This document shows, piece after piece, positions 8,601 through 17,908 of a DNA stretch of 38,095 nt. The position numbers and the translations under genes were made by a program. The notes beneath the pieces were generated by a model. It was not told the DNA's origin, did not search any database, and was given only the letters and a program-made list of their open reading frames with translations. This DNA comes from an uncultured Muribaculaceae bacterium. GTDB lineage: Bacteria > Bacillota_I > Bacilli_A > RF39 > UBA660. The stretch lies in NCBI GenBank assembly GCA_964438315.1, contig CAYTKH010000003.1, forward strand, positions 1-38,095, in the 5' to 3' direction. How positions within the stretch are numbered: the stretch's first letter is position 1; each line of letters opens with the position of its first letter.

Positions 8601-11600
8601 AAAAATGAAGGATACCCTGCATATGATGGTGTTGGATCTGAAGTTATGAACAGTGTAATTATTACTTTCAATTATATAGATGATGAAAATGGACAGTGTG
8701 TTTTACCATCTAAACCATTTAATCCAAACGAGTTTGAATGGCAATACTTTACAGCTAAATTTGAAGCTATAAAAGATTTTGATTCGATGGAATTGTGTTT
8801 CCTACAGTATGGTGAAGCAAATGACTTATATATTACAAATATTAGTTTATTTAAAGATGTTAGAGATGTACATTATGAATATGATGAATCAGGAAATCTT
8901 ACAAGTATAAACGATTTAACAAATCAATCAACTTCATTTAAATATGATACAAATAATCAACTAATTAATATGATGAATCCAAAAGGAACTAATTTTAGTT
9001 ATGAATATAATAAAGAGATAACTGATCAAGTTTTAAATGGAATTAGTGAATCTGGTATATCTAATAAGATAAAATATGATTCTAATAATAATCCAATTCA
9101 AACTAAAATTATTAAAAATCAAACCTCTTATGAAGATATACCCGATGGATATTATAGAATAAAAGTAAAAGGTACAAATAAATATGTTAGATGTACTAAA
9201 TTAGGTGTTGTTTTAACAGAATATGATTCAAAACATAATAATTGGTATATTTTAAAAGAAAATGGTCTATATAAATTAAGACACTGTATTTCAGAAAATT
9301 TATATTTAAATGCTAATTTAAATGATATATTTGTATCTCAAAGTTACTGTTATATAAATTTTCATCTTCAAGAAAATCATCTATATTTGCTAGAAATAGG
9401 AAATAGTAATAATTATTTAAAAGTTGATGGTTCATCATTAGTTATTTCAAATCTAGAAGATAATCATGATAATTTTGAATTTTATCTAGAAAGTATAGAT
9501 AATGAAGAATTTATTGAAAGTAATGCAGAATATACATCTGATGGAAAAGTTATGACTAGTATAACTGATTCTTTATTACATAAGACTCTTTATGACATAG
9601 ATTGCGAAAGTGGACAAGTAAATTCTATTACAAATCCAAATGGTGTTATTACTACATATAGTTATAATGATAAAGATCAATTAACTTCTATATCAACAAA
9701 GGATAAAACTGTTCAATATACATATAATAATCAACAATTACTAGATAAAATTATTCAAAATAATAGACAATATAGTTTTATTTATGATAAATTTTTAAAT
9801 GTTAAACAAATAAAATTAAACAACATTCCTTTAGTAACTAATAATTATGAAGAAAATAATGGTAATTTATTATCTAGTACATATGGTAATAATCAAACAA
9901 TTTCTTTTGAATATGATGATTTTAATAGATTGAAATTAAAGACAAAAAGTGATGATACTTATAAATATATGTATGATAACAATGGTGCTTTAGTAAAGAT
10001 TTTATCAAATAATGATATTATAAAATATACTTATGATATGGCAAAAAGATTATGTCAGTATAGACTTAATGATTTTAAAATTAAATATACTTATGATGCT
10101 AATTTTAATGTTGTATCTAAAATATATGAGTTAGATGATATAAAACATGTAGTAAATTATACATTAAATAATGAAGATATGGTTACTAAGATAGCCCTTG
10201 ATGAATTAGAGATGAACTATGAATATGATAGTTTACAAAGATTAAAGAAAACAACAGGTATTATTAGTGATAGCTATTCTTATGTAACAAATGGTAAGAG
10301 AACATCTATGTTAGTAAAGAAGATGAATAACGTCTCATATGTTTACAATCGTTTAAATAGCATAACACATATCTATAATGGAGAGGTATTAGAACACAGA
10401 TATTACTATGATGATTACAATGAATTAATAAAGGAAAATGATTATGTTTTAAATCAAACGATTGTTTATGAATATGATGATTTAGGAAATATCTTATCAA
10501 AGAAGATTTATAATTTAAATACTAATACATTAATTGATGAAAACATTTATGAGTATAATAATTCAAATTGGATAGATCAATTAACAAAGTTTAATAATAC
10601 AGTAATTACTTATGATGAAATAGGAAATCCTTTAACTATTGGAAATATTCAATTAAATTGGATAAATGGTAGACAATTAAAAGAATATAATGATTCAAAT
10701 TTAAATATTGAATATAAGTATAATGTAGATGGTATTAGAACATGTAAGATAGTAAATGATATTGAAACAAAATATTATTTAGAGGGAAGAAAAATAATAT
10801 TTGAAAAGTGTGGTAATAATGTGATATACTATATGTATGATGAAGCAGGAGAAATTATTGGATTACAATATAACAATACACCTTATTACTATATAAAAAA
10901 TAATCAAAATGATATTATTGCTATAGAAGATAATAATCATTTTGTACTAGCTAAATATACCTATGATTCATGGGGAAATATTATTTCAATTAAAGATATA
11001 AATGGAGTAGATATAAGTAATAATCCAAATAATATTGCAAATATAAATCCATTTAGATATAGAAGTTATTATTATGATGTAGAAACAAAGTTATATTATT
11101 TAAATAGTAGATATTATAATCCATTATGGGGAAGATTTATAAATGCAGATGGTATAATTGGAGCGAATAAAGATATATTATCTTATAACTTATATGCATA
11201 TGTAAGTAATGATCCTATTAATAAAGTTGACTCTGATGGAGAAATGGCTTTAACACTATTCACAACCAGCATACTAGCGGTAGCTATGGCAGTGATGTCT
11301 GTAGTGGCAAGTAAGGTAATCAGTAATGCATTATCTGAAATAGACTTAACGCTTCCAGTTAAAAAACAACTTACTGTACCAGATTTAACCAAGACACATT
11401 CAAAGGATGATACAAAGGTTCAAAGTAAAGTTATTTCTAAAGTATCAGCTGTTTCAAATGTTAAAGAAAATATAACAAGTAAGGATATAACAAAGCCATG
11501 TACTCGTGCAAAAATAGAAGGAAATGATGTAGAAAGGTACGGGGAAAGACTTACTGTTAAAAAAACAGCAAGTGTTGTTATGAGTGGAAATAGTGTAATG

Positions 11601-11762
11601 TGTGATACAGAATTTGATGTATGGAGAGTTGGAAGTAAAATTTATGGAGGTATATATTATGATGGGAAACATAAAAATATGTCAAATTATTATCAGCATT
11701 ATCATCCAAATCGTTGGTCAAATTCAAAAGGAGAACATCCACATATATGGTATTATGATTAA
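5658..11762 (+). CDS. Rhs/YD-repeat polymorphic toxin (WapA-like; DNRLRE, CBM-like and ricin-like domains; His-rich C-terminal toxin)
   Basis: 2034 aa; DTYI..G...RTLIKFDLP (DNRLRE-like), NxLxNSxF CBM-like starts, many YxYD repeats, Rhs core NPFRYRSYYYD...RYYNP.WGRFINAD...NLYAYVSNDPINKVDSDG. Confidence 0.93.
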   Translation: MEQIELKDLRKTREKHFLRKDGLIVAQLFDDDIHYKNGEFYDEIDNTLLKDSEYYHNKSNSYKVYFHENTTGLLTKIDFDNHYICYQLKNSNYVQAMIENNNSKLYKNIKYENILNGIDIKYNVMPTKVKENIIIKNKESLVEKISFNIETDLTLKLNVDKSIYALSNEEIIFKIDAPYLIDINGKVINEVSYKLKKNNDGYLLELIIDKSIFENIELEYPITIDPTITNYTSNNMYDTYIYQGDTNVSRSNLPYLKVGVENVNGTNVINRTLIKFDLPTIGTGSQIVYAGLDLTGYPIVEGSSDESVICVHQITSDWLESGANWNNMNDKYQSRIEASFIGIRSIADIEGTIQHLYHNECEITNLVKKWYTSDPNYGIMLKANKEVYKNGIIPMFFSKNHGIDNVELKPLLTIVYKNQNGVESYMDYKVQSFSQGKTYLNTYNGNLTSIFEVGSTKTGKMPINLNLVYNTNDVILNNDLGYGKGYNLSLGQTIKETTIDSINYLEYLDDDETIHYFRLIDNIYKDEDGLDMTIEKQDSECILKDKDGNKMFFNKDGNIFYLTKIKDTKENMATITYNTNHTISKVIDASSSEINITYQDNKIIIVSPNQTVTLNYINNILTSLAKKSGVTTFNYNDNFLITSITDENDLKICYEYYDYVPYRIKKVIEFATDNSVGNYFNVTYNFNSTTIIDNKNKAETLTFNNYGNVETITSLKNHDDILNAYGKNMQYGNEGYSDGSVYIPIKNKLLNYDIPCKYVKNYLSNSSFEENNILFTKTSNVSLSISNDISVSGFKCLKAISTSINQVISQSIIVPKDNYYTFSTYIKNSSPLKIVLSYIDSNNQEQEKIEFIKSSESFERYDVTTYYPNDATSNLVIKIVLDEAGTYYIDDVQLEQSEVANYYNLLDNSDFSKGISDWSLTVQDNLTGLPISSSNVFSKVDLNNDVTALKIKMDPENSTTVSKTFNINGKAKDTYYISFWYKNEGYPAYDGVGSEVMNSVIITFNYIDDENGQCVLPSKPFNPNEFEWQYFTAKFEAIKDFDSMELCFLQYGEANDLYITNISLFKDVRDVHYEYDESGNLTSINDLTNQSTSFKYDTNNQLINMMNPKGTNFSYEYNKEITDQVLNGISESGISNKIKYDSNNNPIQTKIIKNQTSYEDIPDGYYRIKVKGTNKYVRCTKLGVVLTEYDSKHNNWYILKENGLYKLRHCISENLYLNANLNDIFVSQSYCYINFHLQENHLYLLEIGNSNNYLKVDGSSLVISNLEDNHDNFEFYLESIDNEEFIESNAEYTSDGKVMTSITDSLLHKTLYDIDCESGQVNSITNPNGVITTYSYNDKDQLTSISTKDKTVQYTYNNQQLLDKIIQNNRQYSFIYDKFLNVKQIKLNNIPLVTNNYEENNGNLLSSTYGNNQTISFEYDDFNRLKLKTKSDDTYKYMYDNNGALVKILSNNDIIKYTYDMAKRLCQYRLNDFKIKYTYDANFNVVSKIYELDDIKHVVNYTLNNEDMVTKIALDELEMNYEYDSLQRLKKTTGIISDSYSYVTNGKRTSMLVKKMNNVSYVYNRLNSITHIYNGEVLEHRYYYDDYNELIKENDYVLNQTIVYEYDDLGNILSKKIYNLNTNTLIDENIYEYNNSNWIDQLTKFNNTVITYDEIGNPLTIGNIQLNWINGRQLKEYNDSNLNIEYKYNVDGIRTCKIVNDIETKYYLEGRKIIFEKCGNNVIYYMYDEAGEIIGLQYNNTPYYYIKNNQNDIIAIEDNNHFVLAKYTYDSWGNIISIKDINGVDISNNPNNIANINPFRYRSYYYDVETKLYYLNSRYYNPLWGRFINADGIIGANKDILSYNLYAYVSNDPINKVDSDGEMALTLFTTSILAVAMAVMSVVASKVISNALSEIDLTLPVKKQLTVPDLTKTHSKDDTKVQSKVISKVSAVSNVKENITSKDITKPCTRAKIEGNDVERYGERLTVKKTASVVMSGNSVMCDTEFDVWRVGSKIYGGIYYDGKHKNMSNYYQHYHPNRWSNSKGEHPHIWYYD

Positions 11763-11777
11763 AGGGGGAATTACAAT

Positions 11778-12500
11778 ATGCTTGTAAAAAAAATTTCAGA
11801 TAATGCTTTTTTAGAATTGATAAAATATTCGATAGATAAGAGTAATTATATTTCATTTTTTGTCCAATATAATCGATGTAATCCATGTGACGAATATATA
11901 GTTAAAATCATTTTAGAAGAAGAAAATAAGGATAACGAAACATTTTTTAATACTTATGCACTAGAAGATATTCAAAAATTTGAAAAAAAATATAAGTATG
12001 TAAATAGAATCCAAGAGTTAATACAGCCATATTTTAAAGAATTTCAAGGAGATAATATTTCATTTGAAGACTTTGTAGCGATATATGTACGTGTTGCACT
12101 TATTGATGCATATTACAAATATTATTCTCAAAAAAATTTAGATAATTATATGAGCGAATTAGTTTATGAGCAAAAACATTATTATGGTATAAATAATGAT
12201 TTGTTGGGAATAACTTATTATTTTAAAATTGATGAATATATAAAAAATAGTATTTTATCAAGTAAAAAGAAAATATGGGATTGGATATACCCATATGGTT
12301 TAGAAAACATTTCTTTTCTAAAAGATAATCAATATTGGCTTAAATCAGTAGCTCATGAAAAATTATGTGATATTTACTGTGAATCAGAACAAGAATATAG
12401 GTATTTAAAATCAATTGGTGTTGAGTTTTATGAAAATGAGTATGTACCAATTTCAGATGAAGAAAAAGTAGATATTACAGTTGATGGATTTAAAATATAA
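11778..12500 (+). CDS. Putative cognate immunity protein of the Rhs C-terminal toxin (cytoplasmic)
   Basis: Immediately after the toxin, RBS AAAGGGGG; no TM segment; paralog of 12820-13668 (WxYP..LE.....S.AHE..CD.YC.SE.EYR..KSIGV.F.E). Confidence 0.7.
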   Translation: MLVKKISDNAFLELIKYSIDKSNYISFFVQYNRCNPCDEYIVKIILEEENKDNETFFNTYALEDIQKFEKKYKYVNRIQELIQPYFKEFQGDNISFEDFVAIYVRVALIDAYYKYYSQKNLDNYMSELVYEQKHYYGINNDLLGITYYFKIDEYIKNSILSSKKKIWDWIYPYGLENISFLKDNQYWLKSVAHEKLCDIYCESEQEYRYLKSIGVEFYENEYVPISDEEKVDITVDGFKI

Positions 12501-12510
12501 TTTTAGAAAA

Positions 12511-12802
12511 AGTTAAAATATATAACAGAAAAAGATACTAATATGTTCTCTCTCACTCTGTTATTAAAAATGGCGATATTGTTTGTCTTAATCCTAAAAT
12601 TGATATTCCAACAACAGTTATAGTTGTAAAAAATGGTTCAAGTGTAATGTGTGATGATGAATTTTCTGCTTTTGAAGTAGCTATTAATTTTATAGGATTT
12701 ATTGGTCCTGAAATTGATAAAAATAAAAAATTTGGTAATACATATTATTATCACTATCATCCAGATAGGAATTCTCATAGGCATATATGGTATTATAATT
12801 AA
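12511..12802 (+). pseudogene. Orphan Rhs C-terminal toxin fragment, paralog of the main toxin tip
   Basis: Hand translation VIKNGDIV...VKNGSSVMCDDEFSAFEV...YYYHYHPDRNSHRHIWYYN* matches main toxin VMSGNSVMCDTEF...YYQHYHPNR...HPHIWYYD*; frameshift near 12550. Confidence 0.85.
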
Positions 12803-12819
12803 AATTTGGAGGAATATAT

Positions 12820-13668
12820 ATGTTAATCAAAAAAATGAACAATCAGGTTGCAAGAAGATTAATGAATTATTTGTTAGAGAAGGGTTCTTACTTTTCTCTA
12901 ACTAAATATGTCTATGACAATCGATATGAAAAATATTATGAAAAAATAAACGACATGTTTAAGGAAGACATAAATGTAGATACTATCACGAATAATTTAG
13001 AAGCTGTAGTCGATAAAATTTATGATAAATATAAAAATGATGAACAAATATATAAATTTTTTATAAAAGGGAAGATTTATAGAATAAAGAGTGAAATGAA
13101 ACTATTAAGTGATAAGGAAGATTCTCAAAGTAACCCAAAAAGATACCTAAAAAAAATCATGGAAGAAGAAATAGGAAAATTGGATGAATTGAAAACCCAA
13201 ACAAATGATAAAATAAACTATAATAGCAAGGAATTTTTTAAAGATATCATTTTAGAATATATTTATCATAATCGGGTTTCAAAATTTATTGATATGTATC
13301 AAGATAAAATAATTAAAAAACTAAATGAGATAAATAATTTTGGTAAATATAAAGATAAACAAATAGTTCATGCAATTATTTATGTATTTGTATTAGATGA
13401 AGAGATGAAAAGTGTAATTTTATCAAATCCTAATCCATTTTGTTGGGAATATCCCAATTTTTTAGAAGATCTTGAAATTTATGATGAGAAAAAAATTTTA
13501 TTAAGTACAATTGCTCATGAAGGCATATGCGATTTATATTGTGATTCAGAAGCAGAATATAGAAAATTTAAATCGATTGGTGTCAAGTTCTTTGAAGAAC
13601 ATTTTATTTCTGAACAATATGTAAAAAATGATAACTATATATATGAAGAAATAAAGAAAGATACTTAA
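12820..13668 (+). CDS. Immunity protein paralog for the orphan toxin fragment
   Basis: GGAGG RBS; starts MLIKK like 11778 (MLVKK) and shares its C-terminal motif block. Confidence 0.75.
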   Translation: MLIKKMNNQVARRLMNYLLEKGSYFSLTKYVYDNRYEKYYEKINDMFKEDINVDTITNNLEAVVDKIYDKYKNDEQIYKFFIKGKIYRIKSEMKLLSDKEDSQSNPKRYLKKIMEEEIGKLDELKTQTNDKINYNSKEFFKDIILEYIYHNRVSKFIDMYQDKIIKKLNEINNFGKYKDKQIVHAIIYVFVLDEEMKSVILSNPNPFCWEYPNFLEDLEIYDEKKILLSTIAHEGICDLYCDSEAEYRKFKSIGVKFFEEHFISEQYVKNDNYIYEEIKKDT

Positions 13669-13764
13669 TGCTATCTTTTATATAAATTTGCTTATAATAA
13701 ACAGTTATTATAATTTAACTAAAAGGATAAAAATGTTTGTGTTCTTATCTAGAGAATAACATAA

Positions 13765-13914
13765 CTTAGAAAGGAAAATGTATTAAGTGCATTAACAAAG
13801 ACAGTTACTGATACAGTTAATTATATAAAAAATTTCTTTGTTTTAGATGTTGGAGTTGGTGTAGGATTAAACATGGAAGATAGTAAATATGGTGGTGGGA
13901 CTAAGATATTGTAA
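13765..13914 (+). pseudogene. Possible degenerate Rhs C-terminal stub
   Basis: Startless frame VLSALTKTVTDTVNYIKNFFVLDVGVGVGLN...KIL* whose stop overlaps the next ATG (TAATG). Confidence 0.35.
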
Positions 13915-14495
13915 TGGAAGGAATAGTGATACAATTGGATATTAATCAAATTGAAAAAACGATGATAAAATCTTTAAAAAAGGATTTGATAATAACATGT
14001 ATCGCTTTTGTTTTAATGATTGTCTTTGAATTTATAGTATATATTAATCACTTTTCACCGGTCGTGACACTTTGCTTTTTTCTTCGTATATTTGTGTGTA
14101 TATCATCAACTATTAGAGTATTTCAAATTAAAAAACTAAAAAATGATGATGAGCTACATGAGGAATTAAAACATATAATAAGGTATGTGGAATATGAATA
14201 CATTCTTACAGAAAACTATATTATCAAAGAATATTCCAAAAAAGAAACTTTGAAGTATGAAGATGTAGTTTTGATGTATAAAAAATTGTCTATTTCTCGT
14301 TATGATGGTATTTATCAAGAATTATATTTAATAACTAATAAGGGAAGAAAATATGGATTTATAATAGAATCTGATAGATATGATGAACCTAAGGATTTTT
14401 CAGATATACTCCTAGAAAAAAATCCTAATGTTTTAATCGAAAAAACAAAAGAAAATAAAAGAATATTGTTAGAAAAATATGGTATAAAGTTATAA
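13914..14495 (+). CDS. Membrane protein with two N-terminal TM helices, putative immunity
   Basis: Two hydrophobic segments then a soluble domain; position in the orphan array. Confidence 0.55.
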   Translation: MEGIVIQLDINQIEKTMIKSLKKDLIITCIAFVLMIVFEFIVYINHFSPVVTLCFFLRIFVCISSTIRVFQIKKLKNDDELHEELKHIIRYVEYEYILTENYIIKEYSKKETLKYEDVVLMYKKLSISRYDGIYQELYLITNKGRKYGFIIESDRYDEPKDFSDILLEKNPNVLIEKTKENKRILLEKYGIKL

Positions 14496-14497
14496 GT

Positions 14498-15145
14498 ATA
14501 AAGATATATTGTCTTATAACTTATATGCATATGTAAGTAATAATCCTATTAATAAAGTGGATATAAGTAAGATGGTCATTAAAAGGTGTTATAAAATCAG
14601 CTGTTACAACAGCAAAAAATTGTATAAAAAATGTTATTAAATCTACCATTAATGGTTTTGTAAAAATTACGACAAAAATTGGTTTAAATACATCTGGTAG
14701 TTTACCAAGTAAATTAGTAAGCAACGATGTTAGGAATGTCACATATAGTAGTCAATCACAAATTGCAAACAAAATAAAAAATTCTCAAACCTTTACTTCT
14801 ACAATGCAGAAAATTGCTAAAGAAAATCCAAATAAAACTTTTGATGCAAAAGAGGTATATAAAATAATTTTTGAAAAAGATGATATTGATTTATGGTTGG
14901 GGATCCATGGAGTTAGAATGTATATTACAGGTCAATTAACAAATGGAAGTGGAAATTTATCTATTAAAATGAAAGATAAATATGATTTTAAATCGGAATC
15001 ACTTATGGAACCATTATTAGATGGTAATATACTTAAGCTAGGCATTAATTTAATTAATAACGGAGCCTTTTTATGTCAAGAAATGGACATTATAAAACAA
15101 TATTATATTACCATAAACTTTGATTATTGTGTTAATTGTCAATAA
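14498..15145 (+). pseudogene. Orphan Rhs core end plus complete alternative C-terminal toxin, frameshifted at the cleavage motif
   Basis: 14498-14561 nearly identical to Rhs core 11167-11230 (KDILSYNLYAYVSNNPINKVDIS); frame shifts at 14569, then is open from 14570 (RWSLKG...) into ORF 14804-15145. Confidence 0.85.
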
Positions 15146-15162
15146 TAAGTAGGAGGAGTTGT

Positions 15163-15693
15163 ATGATTAATAGAACAAAACTAGTGTACGCTAAAAATAA
15201 AAAAAGAACTATATCAACTTACAAAGCTAATCATAGTTATTTAAAGAAAATAAAATTTGGAATATTAATAATTGCGATGTTTTTCTTTCTATTTATATTT
15301 TTTGCAGTGCTAGGTGCATTGTTTCATGGATTTGTAGAAAATACTGAATATGAAGCATTACCAAATGGTTACTATGTATGTGAATCTTCTGCTCATGATA
15401 TTAGTATATGTAATAGGGAGAGCATAATTATAATACCTGCTAAGGTTGTTGAACTAGATTACGATAATAGATATGTAATTATAAAACAAGTTGGTTTAAA
15501 GAAAAAGTTTCCAAATAATCCAAATAATTCATACGAAATTCCAGATTATTCAAAAGTATATTTTTGGATAATTGATACTAAGGATGCCATAAACTATGGA
15601 CCTTATATAGAAAAACAAGACTATGAAGAACTAGTAGAAACTCTAAACATAAAAAATTTAAATTTACAAAAAATAGAATCTTTTACTAAATAA
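15163..15693 (+). CDS. DUF3997-like membrane-anchored protein, putative immunity
   Basis: AGGAGG RBS before ATG 15163; TM helix then LPNGY...IIPAKVV...YVIIKQ...YFWIIDTK...YGP. Confidence 0.65.
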   Translation: MINRTKLVYAKNKKRTISTYKANHSYLKKIKFGILIIAMFFFLFIFFAVLGALFHGFVENTEYEALPNGYYVCESSAHDISICNRESIIIIPAKVVELDYDNRYVIIKQVGLKKKFPNNPNNSYEIPDYSKVYFWIIDTKDAINYGPYIEKQDYEELVETLNIKNLNLQKIESFTK

Positions 15694-15721
15694 TTCAATT
15701 ATTCAATAACAATGGTAGCGA

Positions 15722-15967
15722 TTGCTTATGATAGTGGAAATTAAAAAATATCGCTTTAAGATTTTAGAAGTATTATTAATTCTAGTTATTGAATATTTTA
15801 TTTATAATGATACATATAATATCAATAATGTTTCAAAAGGGAAATTATTAGACGAGTTATCATCTAGGGTAGAAACTTTGGATAACAACACTAAAAAATC
15901 AAAAAATATATATTTTGATTATCCAGAACAGACTGTGAAGATGAAATGGTTAGATGTGATAATGTAG
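15722..15967 (+). pseudogene. Degenerate small membrane-protein fragment
   Basis: 81-aa ORF with TTG start and short hydrophobic stretch inside the orphan array. Confidence 0.3.
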
Positions 15968-16038
15968 AGATAAATGTAATTAAACTAAATATTTTTAAGA
16001 AAAAATATGAATGGAGAAAAAATAGATAATATTGCTCT

Positions 16039-16140
16039 ATTATGGGAAGATTTATAAATGCAGATGGTATAATTGAGTTTTTATTAGAACCTTATAAATG
16101 GGATGTGAGTTATTCGTTCACATATAAAGAAGAGGAGTAA
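16039..16140 (+). pseudogene. Rhs core fragment fused to the last ~20 codons of a toxin
   Basis: 16039-16075 copies 11123-11160 (GRFINADGII), then EFLLEPYKWDVSYSFTYKEEE*. Confidence 0.75.
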
Positions 16141-16145
16141 AAATA

Positions 16146-16607
16146 ATGAAATTATCAAAGGAAACAAAAATATTAATTTTTATAGTAATGATAGAATTAG
16201 TGGCTTTTATATTATTTTTTAATAGAAGAGGATTTTTATTTATAAATTGGAAGATATTCTTACCAAAACCTAAAAGCATAGATGTTATATATAATTATGA
16301 TTTTAGAAAAGGGATAGATTTTGAAATATGGAACTATAATTCAAAAAAAGTTAATAAAATAATAAAAAATAAACATTTTAAGCCAATGAATGTAGAATAT
16401 GTAAAGGATAAAATGCTTAAATATTATGAAAGAGTTAATGAAGAACAAAATAAGTTGTTAGAAGAAAATCTAAATATGGATGACATCTTAGTTGAAAATA
16501 ATTATTATGCTTATATACAGGAAAATGATGATCCAAAGTATATGCATTTTCTAATTTTAATATTAGATGTTAAAACCAACAAAATGTATTTGTTTGCATA
16601 TGTATAG
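16146..16607 (+). CDS. Membrane-anchored putative immunity protein, paralog of 22800-23315
   Basis: N-terminal TM; shared NWKIFLPKP/NFKVIFPEP, WxYxxKK, ExNYYA and ILIxDVxxNxxYxF blocks. Confidence 0.65.
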   Translation: MKLSKETKILIFIVMIELVAFILFFNRRGFLFINWKIFLPKPKSIDVIYNYDFRKGIDFEIWNYNSKKVNKIIKNKHFKPMNVEYVKDKMLKYYERVNEEQNKLLEENLNMDDILVENNYYAYIQENDDPKYMHFLILILDVKTNKMYLFAYV

Positions 16608-16719
16608 TAACTAAATTATTTATAGTCTATGTTAAAATTGATAAATGTCTACATCAATTATACCCAACATTTAAAAATAATATCAAATAAAAAATTTCCT
16701 TTAAAAATAGTATAATATT

Positions 16720-16749
16720 AAGTTTCAGAATATTTTTCTGAAACTTTTT
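16720..16749 (+). terminator. Terminator-like hairpin
   Basis: AAGTTTCAGAA-tattt-TTCTGAAACTT followed by T-run. Confidence 0.5.
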
Positions 16750-16835
16750 ACGTAATAAATAATATTATACTAAATCAGCTTACAATACCATATTAATAAA
16801 AAATATAACTTTCTATATGATAGCTTTATAAAATA

Positions 16836-16986
16836 TACTTATGATGAAATAGGAAATCCTTTAACTGTTGGAAATATTCAATTAAATTGGATAAATGGTA
16901 GACAATTAAAAGAATACAATGATTCAAATTTAAATATTGAATATAAGTATAATGTAGATGGTATTAGAACATGTAAGATAGTAAAT
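16836..16986 (+). repeat. 151-bp near-perfect copy of internal Rhs sequence 10607-10757
   Basis: Two mismatches by eye; encodes TYDEIGNPLTVGNIQLNWINGRQLKEY...GIRTCKIVN. Confidence 0.92.
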
Positions 16987-17074
16987 AATGTAATGAGTGT
17001 TAAATCGATTATAGCTAATATTCTTCAAATATGGTATTATTTATATGTGAAAGATTTTATGGTTAACTTAAAGG

Positions 17075-17821
17075 ATGGATGTGATTATTTTGGATAAAGA
17101 TGTAATAAAAAAAGAAAAAGATTTTAAATGTATTTTCCTTTTTATAATGACGATTATAACATTTATAATTGGGTGTGGATTTACTTACTTAACTAAAGGT
17201 GATGTATTTAGTGTAAAGTTAAAATCAATGTTTTTTGGTTATTTGCCAGCTGTTATATTTCTTGTGCTTTTATTGGTCTATTATTTTAAATGTAATACAG
17301 AAAAATCAAAAGATATAATTTCAATAATTTCTATTATTTTAACTTCCTTGTTATTATTTTATTATATATTTACGGCTGCTATGTTGATTTGTGAAGAGTT
17401 TAAAAATCCAGTTAATGATGTCAAGTATTATAAAGCTAATTTAAATAGAAGACTTTTAAAAGTTTTTCCAAAGGAGATTCCAGATAATGTTGAAAATGTC
17501 AAATTTATTTGTATATTAGGAGGAAATGATGTCGCTTTATATTATATAGATAGAGATATGACTATTGATAAGTTTGATAAAAAATATAGATCAAAAGCTG
17601 TATGGATTGGTCATGTTAAAGAATATAATGAGAAAAACGGATTATTAGGTGATGCCGCTTTTTCGAATACCCCTTCTCAATATGAAAATGAAGATGATTA
17701 TATAATTTATTTGGTTGAAGGTCAATGTTATAAGCCAGATTCTTGCAATCACGGGGATTTCTTGTTTGCAGCATTTAATGAAAAGACTAATGAGGTAATA
17801 TTTAAATCAGAAAATTGGTAA
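17075..17821 (+). CDS. Membrane protein (3 TM plus extracytoplasmic domain), putative immunity
   Basis: Three hydrophobic helices, then VFPKEIP...AAFNEKTNEVIF; follows an Rhs fragment. Confidence 0.6.
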   Translation: MDVIILDKDVIKKEKDFKCIFLFIMTIITFIIGCGFTYLTKGDVFSVKLKSMFFGYLPAVIFLVLLLVYYFKCNTEKSKDIISIISIILTSLLLFYYIFTAAMLICEEFKNPVNDVKYYKANLNRRLLKVFPKEIPDNVENVKFICILGGNDVALYYIDRDMTIDKFDKKYRSKAVWIGHVKEYNEKNGLLGDAAFSNTPSQYENEDDYIIYLVEGQCYKPDSCNHGDFLFAAFNEKTNEVIFKSENW

Positions 17822-17908
17822 AACTAGTCTTTTTTTTTAATCCTACGATTCATAGAGTGACTTCTTTTAATAGCTGTAATATTATAGTTTTAGAAAGAAG
17901 GAATTTTT

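Noticed and set aside
8363-11886. Short ORFs within or antisense to the Rhs gene (8363, 10306, 11183, 11454, 11578, 11602)
   Set aside because: Overlap the Rhs or immunity genes and have no recognisable motif
12702-12905. 67-aa ORF in the track
   Set aside because: Wrong frame; the region is better explained by the orphan toxin frame ending at 12802 and the gene starting at 12820
14315-14742. Minus-strand ORFs 14315-14530 and 14521-14742
   Set aside because: Antisense to the membrane gene and the orphan toxin
17009-17048. Similarity to 19724-19760 (TTATAGyTAATAT..CTTCAAATATG.TAT)
   Set aside because: Short and AT-rich; may be a shared promoter but too weak to support
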